A DNA stretch of 47,562 nucleotides from an uncultured Phycisphaerae bacterium (GTDB taxonomy: Bacteria; Planctomycetota; Phycisphaerae; Sedimentisphaerales; Anaerobacaceae). Made by a program: the position numbers and the translations under genes. The stretch is taken from the NCBI GenBank assembly GCA_965372295.1, contig CBDVBU010000001.1, forward strand, positions 1 through 47,562, read 5' to 3'. The notes beneath the pieces are model-generated. The model made no database searches. It worked only from the letters and a program-made list of their open reading frames with translations, and was not told where the DNA came from. Below are positions 16,579 to 25,535 of the stretch, piece after piece (within the stretch, counting starts at the first letter, position 1; every line of letters begins with the position of its first letter).

Positions 16579-16758
16579 AGCAATTCTTTTCCTTCAAGGA
16601 TTCCCATCCCGCGCTTATTCGTGCCCAGAGACTTATGCCGGGGAAAACAAGCAACTACCTGATAAGTGCCGGATAGGATTTTCAAGTATTTGTTCTGCTG
16701 TTTTTGAGTAGTTTTCTGTCATTCCAAAAGTATCTAAAATTTTCTAAGCAGTTAAGAT

Positions 16759-18315
16759 TTATACGATCAGATTGTTCTCGAATGCCGGAGGGTGAGACTC
16801 CGCTGGTAATTCCACTATTTGAGGATCCAGGTTTTGCGGGTTATCATAAAGCGGAATTCCCGATTGCCGTGCATCTATATCGGCTTCGTGTTGAGTGAAA
16901 ATATCGTTGATTTTGGGCAACTGGTTTTTCAGTGCATAATTTTCTTCGACGAACCTGCGATACTTTTGTGGTTCGTATTGTTCGGAGAGAATATGCTCGC
17001 AGAATTCCTCGGCGATATTAAATAAAAACTCGGACGGATAGATTTGATCCGCGCCCGGGAAATTATGAATCACCGGCTTTAAGCCGCAGGCCATCGCTTC
17101 CAGCAATCCCATGCCCCGGCTTTCAATTAGACTTGTCGAAACGATGTAATGTTTATCCTCAAGCCATGAGCTGACATCTTCCTGCCGGCCGTCGAAGAAC
17201 ACAACATCGCGAAGACCAAGTACGGCAACTATATGCCTTAGATATTGTTCAAGGATCTCATCTTGAAACTGCCCGCCAAAAAATAGACGGTACTCGGGAT
17301 CTATGTAGTGCAGCTTCTGCATACATTGCAGGACAAAGGCAGGATTTTCGATCATTATCAGATTAGACAGAAAGGCTATATTTTTGCCGCGAGTGCGGTC
17401 GGTAAAAGCAAATTTTTCGATGTTTACGCCGTTCGATATAGTAGCGATGGATGTTTGGTTTTCGATGTATGGGACCCTGCTGAGCAGGGCATCTTTAACG
17501 AAGCTGTTGCCGACAATGACAAGGTCATCGATATTGGTCCAATTCACAAGCTGGGGCCATTGCTCATAAGCTTCGTAGGGGTGCAGCCTGATAATATTTT
17601 TGCACACTTTGGGTTGTTTTGAGCCTATTACCGCCAAATTAGAGCACCACTCGAACCATGAAATATCGCTCCATTTCATGAGTTCGTATAGTTCTTCTGT
17701 TGTCCGGCCTTTAAAAAGGCGTACTTCGAAACGCTGCTTAGTAAACTCGATGATTTCATCGAGGAATGTCATGCTGTCGCCACCGCAGAAAAAGGCCACC
17801 TTTGGTCTTTTAGAGAGAATCACCTGAATCATTGGCTTGAGGATTTCCTGATTGGGGCAGATGCGCAGTGAGCGAAGCAGCATCTCGATGGCATCCGCTT
17901 TATTGTTCTGATTCAGAAATACGTCGGCGGTTCTGTTCAGGGCGTCCGCATTCAGCACGCCCAACTGCTGCATTTTATCGAAAAGCTGCATGGCTTCGTT
18001 TGCTCTGCCGGTTGCGAGATATGCTTCGGCCAGATTCCATACTATCTCAGCCGAGTCATTCAGCAGTCTCCGGGCCTTGACAAAATGATCGATCGCTTCA
18101 TTAGAACGACCCAGGCAATGGAGAATTGCTCCGGTATCGTTCAGGGCTTGTGCATCGTCGGATGCCGTGCGAAGATGCTCCTGCATACAGACAAGGGCAT
18201 CCTGGTATCTACCGGCTTCAGCTAATTGCAAACCCTTCTCGTAGTGGTTCATGTTTTCGAATGTGTTGTTTTGTGCTTGCCCGCCAAGCGGGTTCGAATC
18301 TGGTCCCAGTGTCAT
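16759..18315 (-). CDS. TPR-domain glycosyltransferase (GT-B, GT4-like), FlmG-like candidate flagellin glycosyltransferase
   Basis: The N-terminal ~170 aa are TPRs (YEKGLQLAEAGRYQDALVCMQEHL ..., WNLAEAYLATGRANEAMQLFDKM). The C-terminal half has a GT4-type E-x7-E region (STSLIESRGMGLLEAMACGLKPVIHNFPGA). It lies in a flagellar operon behind a sigma54 promoter. Confidence 0.7.
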   Translation of the reverse strand: MTLGPDSNPLGGQAQNNTFENMNHYEKGLQLAEAGRYQDALVCMQEHLRTASDDAQALNDTGAILHCLGRSNEAIDHFVKARRLLNDSAEIVWNLAEAYLATGRANEAMQLFDKMQQLGVLNADALNRTADVFLNQNNKADAIEMLLRSLRICPNQEILKPMIQVILSKRPKVAFFCGGDSMTFLDEIIEFTKQRFEVRLFKGRTTEELYELMKWSDISWFEWCSNLAVIGSKQPKVCKNIIRLHPYEAYEQWPQLVNWTNIDDLVIVGNSFVKDALLSRVPYIENQTSIATISNGVNIEKFAFTDRTRGKNIAFLSNLIMIENPAFVLQCMQKLHYIDPEYRLFFGGQFQDEILEQYLRHIVAVLGLRDVVFFDGRQEDVSSWLEDKHYIVSTSLIESRGMGLLEAMACGLKPVIHNFPGADQIYPSEFLFNIAEEFCEHILSEQYEPQKYRRFVEENYALKNQLPKINDIFTQHEADIDARQSGIPLYDNPQNLDPQIVELPAESHPPAFENNLIV

Positions 18316-18389
18316 CTGTTTTACTCCTAATTAAGTCCCGCGAGGCGGATTTTGCTTACGAAAAAAGCTGAAGCCTTGATAGTCTTACG

Positions 18390-18405
18390 TGCAAATTCCG
18401 TGCCG
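18390..18405 (-). promoter_or_regulatory. sigma54 (-24/-12) promoter upstream of the TPR-glycosyltransferase gene
   Basis: The minus strand reads cGGCACGgaatTTGCA, an exact spacing match to TGGCACG-N4-TTGCW. It lies in the 211-nt gap between flgL and the GT gene, 76 nt upstream of the GT start. Confidence 0.65.
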
Positions 18406-18526
18406 TTAGATGGTATTGGTGCATATTTGCAATTTGGCGGTATCCCCCATGAAATCTGTATAAATATCAAACATATATGTTGTTCAAGAATATTCCTTTC
18501 TGCTTTTCGAATCTCGTTCCTGTCGG

Positions 18527-19711
18527 CTATCTGAGGAAATCCAGCAGCGATACGGACATCAGTCTTCCGGCTATTGACAGCGACATTTGATATAGAACTT
18601 CACGTCTGGAAAGGTCTATGGCTATTTGGGCGATGTCGGCTTCCTGTAGAAGAGTCGCTTCATCCTCGGCGTTATACTTCAGATCCTTTAGGCTTTCTTT
18701 GAGATTGTCCAGAAAACCTATTTTTGAGCCGACAGAGACTTCGGCTCGCACCAGAAGTTCGTTTATCTCTTCCAGTGCGACCAGAGAGTTATCCTGCAGC
18801 TCTCGCAATCGAGCGCCGGAAAGCTCTCTTTCATTTTTCAACATGTCGCGGATACTCACGAGGGTATTGAATATGTCATAAGTTCCCGGTACGCTTACCA
18901 GATCGACTCCGGTGCTGTTGATTTCAGTTGTATCAACATACAAAATTTTTCCGGTTATCGAGTCGGTTATTGCCAGATTGGTATCCGTGCCATCGGTATT
19001 GAAGGTGCTCAGGCCATCATCGATAGAGAGGGTGTAATTACCGGCGGAACCGGTTACCGTCAGCCATGTGTCACCCTGGAGATTTGAGGTTCCCGTGCCG
19101 GTCTTGGCGCCTGTATCGCCCAGAAAAACAGGATCACTGCGGTCATCTGAGTGGAAGGTATCATAACCAACGTGAAAAGCCGATGATTTTATGCCGGAAG
19201 CTACTTCTATATCTCGATTCTCAAGACTGCCCTGGTAAGTTACACCGGTGATTTCCCCGTTAGTGCGTTCGGCGAGATATGGCGCCGATGTCGTATTGTT
19301 TCCCCCGAACAGGTATTGACCTATGTGTTTGGTGTTAGCCAATGAGACTACCTGCTCTAATGTATCATTGATTCTTTCTCCGGCTCGTTCTCTGGTTTCT
19401 TCGTTGTAAATACCACCGATTACTTGAGTCAGAAGTACTCTAGTTTCTGTGAGAGCTGATTGTATGCCCTGAATAACAGTAGAGGAAAGCTCCAATGTGC
19501 CGACGGTTTCCGAGAGGTTGTTTATATAATTTCCCAGAGACCTTTCCTGAGAGTTGAGAGTTACTACACGATATGAGCAAGAAGGATCATCGGAGGGCCG
19601 ATTTATCCGCGAGCCGGTAATTGTTTGTTCCTGCAGCCGGGCCATTTCTACAGAATGCAGGTACAAAGCATAACTTACGTTATTATAAATGTTGTTAAGT
19701 GCTCCGCTCAT
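18527..19711 (-). CDS. flgL: FlgL, hook-filament junction protein (HAP3)
   Basis: The flagellin-type N-terminus is LQEQTITGSRINRPSDDPSCSYRV and the C-terminus is IAQIAIDLSRREVLYQMSLSIAGRLMSVSLLDFL. It lies directly downstream of flgK. Confidence 0.8.
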   Translation of the reverse strand: MSGALNNIYNNVSYALYLHSVEMARLQEQTITGSRINRPSDDPSCSYRVVTLNSQERSLGNYINNLSETVGTLELSSTVIQGIQSALTETRVLLTQVIGGIYNEETRERAGERINDTLEQVVSLANTKHIGQYLFGGNNTTSAPYLAERTNGEITGVTYQGSLENRDIEVASGIKSSAFHVGYDTFHSDDRSDPVFLGDTGAKTGTGTSNLQGDTWLTVTGSAGNYTLSIDDGLSTFNTDGTDTNLAITDSITGKILYVDTTEINSTGVDLVSVPGTYDIFNTLVSIRDMLKNERELSGARLRELQDNSLVALEEINELLVRAEVSVGSKIGFLDNLKESLKDLKYNAEDEATLLQEADIAQIAIDLSRREVLYQMSLSIAGRLMSVSLLDFLR

Positions 19712-19714
19712 TTC

Positions 19715-21679
19715 TTATAATATTTCCATAATAGTTGATAGCGATGATTGAAGTGTGCTCAGGTATTTGGCCATTGCTTTGAACATTTGCTCGAAGATCA
19801 ACATGCGCGCGGCTTCATCGTTAATGTTGACGCCGCTGATTTCGTTTTGCTGATTGGCAAGGTTTTGGACCATGGCTTCGACATTTTTCTGGTGCATCTG
19901 TTTGACTGAGACCTGCTGGCCGATATCCGTGATCAACCGGCGATAGTACTCACCGGGCGTCAAGGAGTCCAAATCGCTTACGGCCTGGTTTCTTAAAGCT
20001 ACCATCCGTAATGCATTGTTGTTGTCTGTCATATCCTCCCCAAGAGCTGTGGCAATACGGCCCGGCGCGGCGGAAATATCCGAACAAACCGCTATATTTG
20101 AAGCGTTGCTGCCGGAAAAAAAGGCATTGATTCCAGCCGTAGCAAGCACTCCTGATGTATCCGTATCGACAAAAGCATCGACTTCAAAAGTATTGCCGTT
20201 AGCCAGGTCGCCGGTGCCAAGGGCTATTTTGATTCCATTGCCGATGTCAAGCCTGTCATCTGCCGCGTAATCCGAGCCAACGTTAAGTGTAGTAACCGTA
20301 TTTCCGTCACCATCGGTTACGGTAATTTGCAATGAGCCGTTTCCGACCGAGTCGGAGCCTGATACCGTAAAAGTAAAAGTCTGGTTTTTCGTACCGGTAT
20401 AAATGCCCGATACCGATATGGCCGGCGGCGATGTTGCGCCGGTGAAGTCGCTGTTTGTAGGTGTGGGGAGAACGCTGGGCAGGAAATCAAACTCGTAGCC
20501 TGTGTCTGCTTGTATATGAAGTCTGAAACCATAGACCGAAGCGGTCAGTCCTGTGATGGCTGTAATAGCAGCGGCTATGCTGGTTAACGAGTCTGTTGAA
20601 GCGTCGATCGGGACCTCGGTTCGTGTTACTGCGCCGGTGCTCGTATTAGTAACCCTAATATATATGCTGCCATCGGATACGGGCGGCTCAAAATCAACCA
20701 GGTTATCACTTATCATCGAGAAGCCGGTCAGTTCGGTAAATGAGCCTTCCGAACCCACTCCCTGGACATGGTATTGATTTATCTGTTGTATTATTGCATT
20801 TGCCAGGTTGTCCAGGTCGTTATGAATGCCGGCGATCAGATCGTTTTTTAACGATAATAATGCTCCGAGCCGTCCGCCTTGAATATCTAAGTTGTAATTC
20901 GACTCGCCGGCAACGGTAATACCAAGATCGAGATTTTCTTTTATACCCACCTCCAGTTCAAAAACGGAGGTGCGTACCACTAAGGGGATTCCATTGGTGC
21001 TGACGTCCACTACGCCATATTCTCTGGACTCAGTCTCTACGTTAATTAGTTTGGATAGCTCGACTATGCACTGGTCTCTTTGGTCCTTCAGATTGTAGGC
21101 TTGGCCACTGCTTATTTCCTGCTTGTTTATATAGTGGTTGAGTTCGGCTATTTTGCCGATCAGGGCATTAACCTGGTTAATTACGTTCTCTGCTTCCAGC
21201 GAAATCTGGCTTTCCAATGATGTTAGAAATTGTCCGAGGGTTTTGAATTTGGCAGCCATGGTCTGAGCTGAGGTTATAGCCTGGTTTTGCCAGATGGTTT
21301 CCGCCGGATGGGCGCTAAGATCCTGCAGGGCATTGAAAAAATCATCCAAAGCCGTACTCAAACCACCTCCGCCCGAAAGCTCGCCAAATAAGTTTTCAAC
21401 CGTACGCAGCATAGCAAGTTCCTGCGAGACCTGCTCTAACGAGGACTGCTGCCGGAAAATCTCTTTTTGCAGAAAGCCATCGATCATCCTGGTAATTCCG
21501 GCAATATCGACGCCTCCCCCCAAAATAACAGAGCCGATTTGCGACGTATAAGCCGGAGTCAGATTCAGTCTCTGACGGTGATAGCCTTCAGTAGCTGCAT
21601 TAGCAATATTATTGCCGATTATGTCAAATGCCCTTTGTGCCGCATTAAGGCCGCTGATTCCTATGCCAAAACTATCCAT
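19715..21679 (-). CDS. flgK: FlgK, hook-filament junction protein (HAP1)
   Basis: The N-terminus is FGIGISGLNAAQRAFDIIGNNIANAATEGYHRQRL and the C-terminus is ISGVNINDEAARMLIFEQMFKAMAKYLSTLQ. Confidence 0.9.
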   Translation of the reverse strand: MDSFGIGISGLNAAQRAFDIIGNNIANAATEGYHRQRLNLTPAYTSQIGSVILGGGVDIAGITRMIDGFLQKEIFRQQSSLEQVSQELAMLRTVENLFGELSGGGGLSTALDDFFNALQDLSAHPAETIWQNQAITSAQTMAAKFKTLGQFLTSLESQISLEAENVINQVNALIGKIAELNHYINKQEISSGQAYNLKDQRDQCIVELSKLINVETESREYGVVDVSTNGIPLVVRTSVFELEVGIKENLDLGITVAGESNYNLDIQGGRLGALLSLKNDLIAGIHNDLDNLANAIIQQINQYHVQGVGSEGSFTELTGFSMISDNLVDFEPPVSDGSIYIRVTNTSTGAVTRTEVPIDASTDSLTSIAAAITAITGLTASVYGFRLHIQADTGYEFDFLPSVLPTPTNSDFTGATSPPAISVSGIYTGTKNQTFTFTVSGSDSVGNGSLQITVTDGDGNTVTTLNVGSDYAADDRLDIGNGIKIALGTGDLANGNTFEVDAFVDTDTSGVLATAGINAFFSGSNASNIAVCSDISAAPGRIATALGEDMTDNNNALRMVALRNQAVSDLDSLTPGEYYRRLITDIGQQVSVKQMHQKNVEAMVQNLANQQNEISGVNINDEAARMLIFEQMFKAMAKYLSTLQSSLSTIMEIL

Positions 21680-21765
21680 TTCTTATATCCGTTTAGACTA
21701 CGATTTTTAGGCTTCCGTCCTCGCACTTGTTTAGCTTAAGCTCAACGGATGCGAGATGATGTCTT

Positions 21766-22287
21766 TTAAATCTGTAAATTTACAAAGGCCATATCAGTTT
21801 GCCGTTTGGTTTCACCGTTGGAGTTGTAGTGAACCGACTGTGTCTTGCCGAGGTCGAAAATACCTTTCAAAAGCAGGTTATTGAATCTGGCGCATTCAGA
21901 TAAGAGCAAAGCGGTACTCAAATACTCTTTCTTGAGTTCCGCACTCAGTGATCTTAGCTTTGCTTTCATCTGAGTTACCTGGTCTTTTTTTGCTTCCGGA
22001 AGACTTGCCTGGAGTGCTGATAAAGTCATTTGCTCGAGGTCGCAGCCAAGACTATCGGCCAATTCTTTTCGTATTGATTTGCGGCTTAATTCGTGATTCC
22101 TGTAACCGCCGGCCCCGGCCTGAATGCTCTCAAGCAGTTTGCCCAAAGCGGCTTCGTCACGTTTGATAACCAGCTTGCGAATTTCATCTAAATGCAGAAG
22201 GCTCTCTTGCATATATTGCGCGTCTTTGTCCAAGCAAACCAGCAGCTCATCGACTTTATCTTCTATTCCAACTATTGTTGTTTTCAT
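21766..22287 (-). CDS. flgN: FlgN-like export chaperone
   Basis: 173 aa helical protein immediately upstream of flgK/flgL. The N-terminal pattern DELLVCLDKDAQYMQESLLHLDEIRKLVIKRDEAALGKLLESIQ is typical of the FlgN family. Confidence 0.55.
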   Translation of the reverse strand: MKTTIVGIEDKVDELLVCLDKDAQYMQESLLHLDEIRKLVIKRDEAALGKLLESIQAGAGGYRNHELSRKSIRKELADSLGCDLEQMTLSALQASLPEAKKDQVTQMKAKLRSLSAELKKEYLSTALLLSECARFNNLLLKGIFDLGKTQSVHYNSNGETKRQTDMAFVNLQI

Positions 22288-22634
22288 GTTTGCCCATCCA
22301 ATGACTTTCCTGCCGTGTTTGCCTTATCAGCATTGGTTAGAAATTGGTGTATATCCTTCCACAATCCGAGGCCGCCATTGTTTGCAATATCGCGCGAAAG
22401 AAACATCCAGAATATTCCCTGTATCTGATTGGAAGGTCCATCTTTTTCAAAGCCCCAGTCCCCGATAGTATTCTTCATTTCATCCAGCATCTTATTGATC
22501 AGGACAGACTCGAAATCTTTGGCTATTTGCTTTCTTTTCTCTTCTGAGACGTTTTTAAGTCCCGATTTTTGGAGATGCTCCAGCGGCATCGGCGGCGAGA
22601 CAGGTTCGGTTAATATCAGTTTGGCGCTATCCAT
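22284..22634 (-). CDS. flgJ: FlgJ-like rod-binding domain protein (no muramidase domain)
   Basis: 116 aa. The rod-binding signature is present (IAKDFESVLINKMLDEMKNTI ... NNGGLGLWKDIHQ). It lies downstream of flgI. Confidence 0.65.
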   Translation of the reverse strand: MDSAKLILTEPVSPPMPLEHLQKSGLKNVSEEKRKQIAKDFESVLINKMLDEMKNTIGDWGFEKDGPSNQIQGIFWMFLSRDIANNGGLGLWKDIHQFLTNADKANTAGKSLDGQT

Positions 22635-22644
22635 GAAACTACTC

Positions 22645-23793
22645 CTACATTATCACCAGCTTGGCTTGGAGGGCGCCGGCCTCTTTCAGGGCATTGAATA
22701 TCGCTATCAAGTCCGTCGGCGTTGCCCCTATGGCATTAATACTTTTAGCCAGCTCGGAGACGGTAACTGACCGGGATATGGGAATCAGATACGCCTCCTG
22801 TTCTTCGACTCCTATTTTCGTATCCTGAATTTTTTCCGTTGTGCCGGAGTCGGAGAAAGGAGCGACCGGCTGAGAAATGAGTTCGATTTCTTTGATCTTT
22901 ACAACGAGACTGCCCTGAGAAATCGCCACGGCAGATATGCCGACATTTTCACCGACGACAATGGTGCCTGTGCGCTCATTGATAACAACTACCGCGGGTA
23001 CATCGACCTTGACTTGCGGCTTTGTAATATCATCTATAAAGCCGGCTATGTCCTGCTGACGGACTTCGTCGGGCACTTTAACTTGAATAGTGCCGGCGTC
23101 AACGACTACGGCACTCTGTGGATGATCCCGGTTGATGGCCTGACTGATATGCCTCGCAGTTGAAAAATCGACGTTTCTGAGATTTAGCGTAATGATTCTC
23201 TTGCCGGCGATGTGTTCGACAAATGTAGCAATTTCTTCTTTTTCAACAGTGCCGCCACCAGGAATTCGTCCGACTGTCTGGTGGTTCTTGGTAATCGAGG
23301 CTTTATCGCCTGCCGCCGTCCAGCCACCGATAGAAATCCCCCCCTCGGCCACGGCGTAAACCTGACCGTCAAGGCCTTTTAGGGGTGTCGGCAAAAGCTT
23401 TCCACCCTGAAGACTTTTGGCGTCTCCTATTGCAGAGGCATCGACATCGATTTGTGAACCTTCACGAGCAAAGGGACCCAGCTCCGCCGTTACCCAAACC
23501 ACGGCAATATTGCCGCCGGTCAAGTCGGTGGGATTTAAAACAAGACCTGAATCCCTCAATAAATTCGTAAGCATTTGTCGCGAAAGCATTGTTGTATCGC
23601 CAGTGCCGGCCAGGCCAATTATCAGGCCAACGCCTGTGAGCGGATTGCTGCGAAGACCCTGAATATCGACGATATCCTTTATTCGCTCGCAATGCCCGAC
23701 GCCGGACATAGTTGCACAAACCAGAATCGAACAAATCATTAGTGTAATTATGCTCTTTTGCGTTTTGGCTCGTATGCTCATTATTGATTTCAT
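22645..23793 (-). CDS. flgI: FlgI, P-ring protein
   Basis: A signal peptide is followed by RIKDIVDIQGLRSNPLTGVGLIIGLAGTGD. The C-terminus reads ...ELAKSINAIGATPTDLIAIFNALKEAGALQAKLVIM. Confidence 0.9.
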   Translation of the reverse strand: MKSIMSIRAKTQKSIITLMICSILVCATMSGVGHCERIKDIVDIQGLRSNPLTGVGLIIGLAGTGDTTMLSRQMLTNLLRDSGLVLNPTDLTGGNIAVVWVTAELGPFAREGSQIDVDASAIGDAKSLQGGKLLPTPLKGLDGQVYAVAEGGISIGGWTAAGDKASITKNHQTVGRIPGGGTVEKEEIATFVEHIAGKRIITLNLRNVDFSTARHISQAINRDHPQSAVVVDAGTIQVKVPDEVRQQDIAGFIDDITKPQVKVDVPAVVVINERTGTIVVGENVGISAVAISQGSLVVKIKEIELISQPVAPFSDSGTTEKIQDTKIGVEEQEAYLIPISRSVTVSELAKSINAIGATPTDLIAIFNALKEAGALQAKLVIM

Positions 23794-23836
23794 AAGTTAT
23801 CACTCTTAGAAAAATAAAACTGCCTGTAAGGTATAA

Positions 23837-24445
23837 TCAGAACGGCCAAACGATATCTAATATGCTGCCGAGCCAGCCCGGTTTGGTGTACGGTGCTGAA
23901 ACTCCGCCGTTTTTAGATACGATATAAAAATCCGCGACCCGCTCGCTTTTAACCTTGTTATCGAACGAAACATCACTTGGTCTGACTATGCCACTTACCT
24001 CGATGGTTTGTGTGTCACCTGAAATATCGCGTTTACGAGTCCCTAAAACTACAAGGTTGCGATTCGGCAGGATATCCACTACGACTACGGTAATGTTATC
24101 GACAAATTTTCGTTCGTCCTTGTAATCAGCCTTGCTTTTCAACTCATTGCCCGATTGGGCGGTCATGCCAAATTCGCCGAGGTCCGCGAAGCCGCCAAGG
24201 TTTCCATTGAAAATAGTCGAACGGTCGGTTTCCTTTTTCATATCTCTTTTTGCCTTGTTATCGATCTTGCTGTTTTCGGCGATTGTGATAGTCAGGACAT
24301 CACCTATCTGGCGAGCTACATCGTCGGCATATATAGCTTTCATATTCTTGTCTCTCTTGGCCCAGATGGAGCCTGCTTGTGAGCAGGCGGTTGAGAGTAA
24401 TACCGAGGCCGTTAAGGCAAGCAGTAATAATATTTTATTGTTCAT
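23837..24445 (-). CDS. flgH: FlgH, L-ring lipoprotein
   Basis: The lipobox is LLSTAC, followed by GSIWAKRDKNMKAIYADDVARQIGDVLTITIAENS and the later conserved LVVLGTRKRDISGDTQTIEVSGIVRPSDV. Confidence 0.85.
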   Translation of the reverse strand: MNNKILLLLALTASVLLSTACSQAGSIWAKRDKNMKAIYADDVARQIGDVLTITIAENSKIDNKAKRDMKKETDRSTIFNGNLGGFADLGEFGMTAQSGNELKSKADYKDERKFVDNITVVVVDILPNRNLVVLGTRKRDISGDTQTIEVSGIVRPSDVSFDNKVKSERVADFYIVSKNGGVSAPYTKPGWLGSILDIVWPF

Positions 24446-24497
24446 TGTTTCTCCTTCTGTCAGTTTTTCTTTTTTGACTTATCGCAGAATGTATTCT

Positions 24498-25526
24498 CTA
24501 TAACACCGGTTCCACGCTGCCGTCTTCGCTGATCCTTGCCAGGATGATTCGTTGTGAATCCATATTTCGTACTTTGATATATTCGCCGGCTCTGCCATCC
24601 TGGATAGATTTCCCGGTGGCCGTAATCAGAAATCCGGGCCTTTCGATACGAATAACAACGTTTTGATTTCGCTTTACAATAATTGGAGATTTGAGAGATC
24701 CTAACATATTTGGACGAAGCACGGTGTTTGCCGGCAGCCGGCGTTTGGCAATTAGGCCGTAAGGCGGCTTCCAATTAGAAGGTTCAGGATTGTTCGATTG
24801 AATCTTTTCTATCTTTATGTTCTCAGGACTAATGACACTACCTGCCGGAATATAGACCTTTGTGACTGCTTGTTGACGGTCATATATCAGTGCGAAAGTT
24901 ACTTGACGCACCCCGATCTTGTTGCTTCCGGAAAGCACGGCAATCTCGATTCTCGCCTGGTTTCTTACGCCGGTTTGGACCAATCGAGGAGAAAATCTTA
25001 TGTCGCTGCTCATCGCGGAGATAATAAAATCCTTGGGTTTACGTACTGGATTCCATCTGCAAACTGAATCGCCGGGAGGATTATTTTCTAAAAAAGAGTT
25101 TGCCAGGGTAACAAAATCACTACTGCTGATAGTATGATGCCGCTGCTTTACCGTTATCTTTTCCGAACCGGTGAATGTTACTTTGGATGCAGGAATTCCG
25201 TTGCACGCCAACCTGCTTAAAACCATTGTTCTGTCGATGATAATCTTTTGGCCCGGCACAGAAATTCGCCCTAATGCGATTTTGCTTGCCTTCGCTACAA
25301 GAGATTCTCCTCCCTGGATGATGCTGACCTGGCCCATGCTTAAGTTGCTGTCTTTGACCGTGATTTCTCTCGGCAGGTAAATCTTTAAGTAAGAGTCTTC
25401 CTGTGAGTCGTTGGTTTTGTTATTTGCCGATGCCGGGCAAAAAAGTGCAGAAATCATAACTACACAAGCTGCAAATATTCTTGTGCTCTTATACCCTTGT
25501 GCTTTTTTGCTGTTTCTTCCGTTCAT
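24498..25526 (-). CDS. flgA: FlgA, P-ring assembly chaperone (long form)
   Basis: It has a signal peptide and a SAF-like region. The C-terminal FlgA signature is ATGKSIQDGRAGEYIKVRNMDSQRIILARISEDGSVEPV. It lies between flgG and flgH. Confidence 0.7.
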   Translation of the reverse strand: MNGRNSKKAQGYKSTRIFAACVVMISALFCPASANNKTNDSQEDSYLKIYLPREITVKDSNLSMGQVSIIQGGESLVAKASKIALGRISVPGQKIIIDRTMVLSRLACNGIPASKVTFTGSEKITVKQRHHTISSSDFVTLANSFLENNPPGDSVCRWNPVRKPKDFIISAMSSDIRFSPRLVQTGVRNQARIEIAVLSGSNKIGVRQVTFALIYDRQQAVTKVYIPAGSVISPENIKIEKIQSNNPEPSNWKPPYGLIAKRRLPANTVLRPNMLGSLKSPIIVKRNQNVVIRIERPGFLITATGKSIQDGRAGEYIKVRNMDSQRIILARISEDGSVEPVL

Positions 25527-25535
25527 TATGGTTTC

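Noticed and set aside
16613-16627. A sigma54-like element upstream of the 212-aa TPR gene (minus strand TGGGCACGAATAAGC).
   Set aside because: With the GGCAC register the spacing is one nt too short. With the alternative GG register the -24 and -12 elements are both off-consensus (AAGC instead of TTGC).
18417-18432. A sigma54-like string TGGTGCATATTTGCAA on the + strand next to the real minus-strand promoter.
   Set aside because: The GG-to-GC spacing is one nt short and the -24 element reads GGTGCA rather than GGCAC. There is also no + strand gene downstream.
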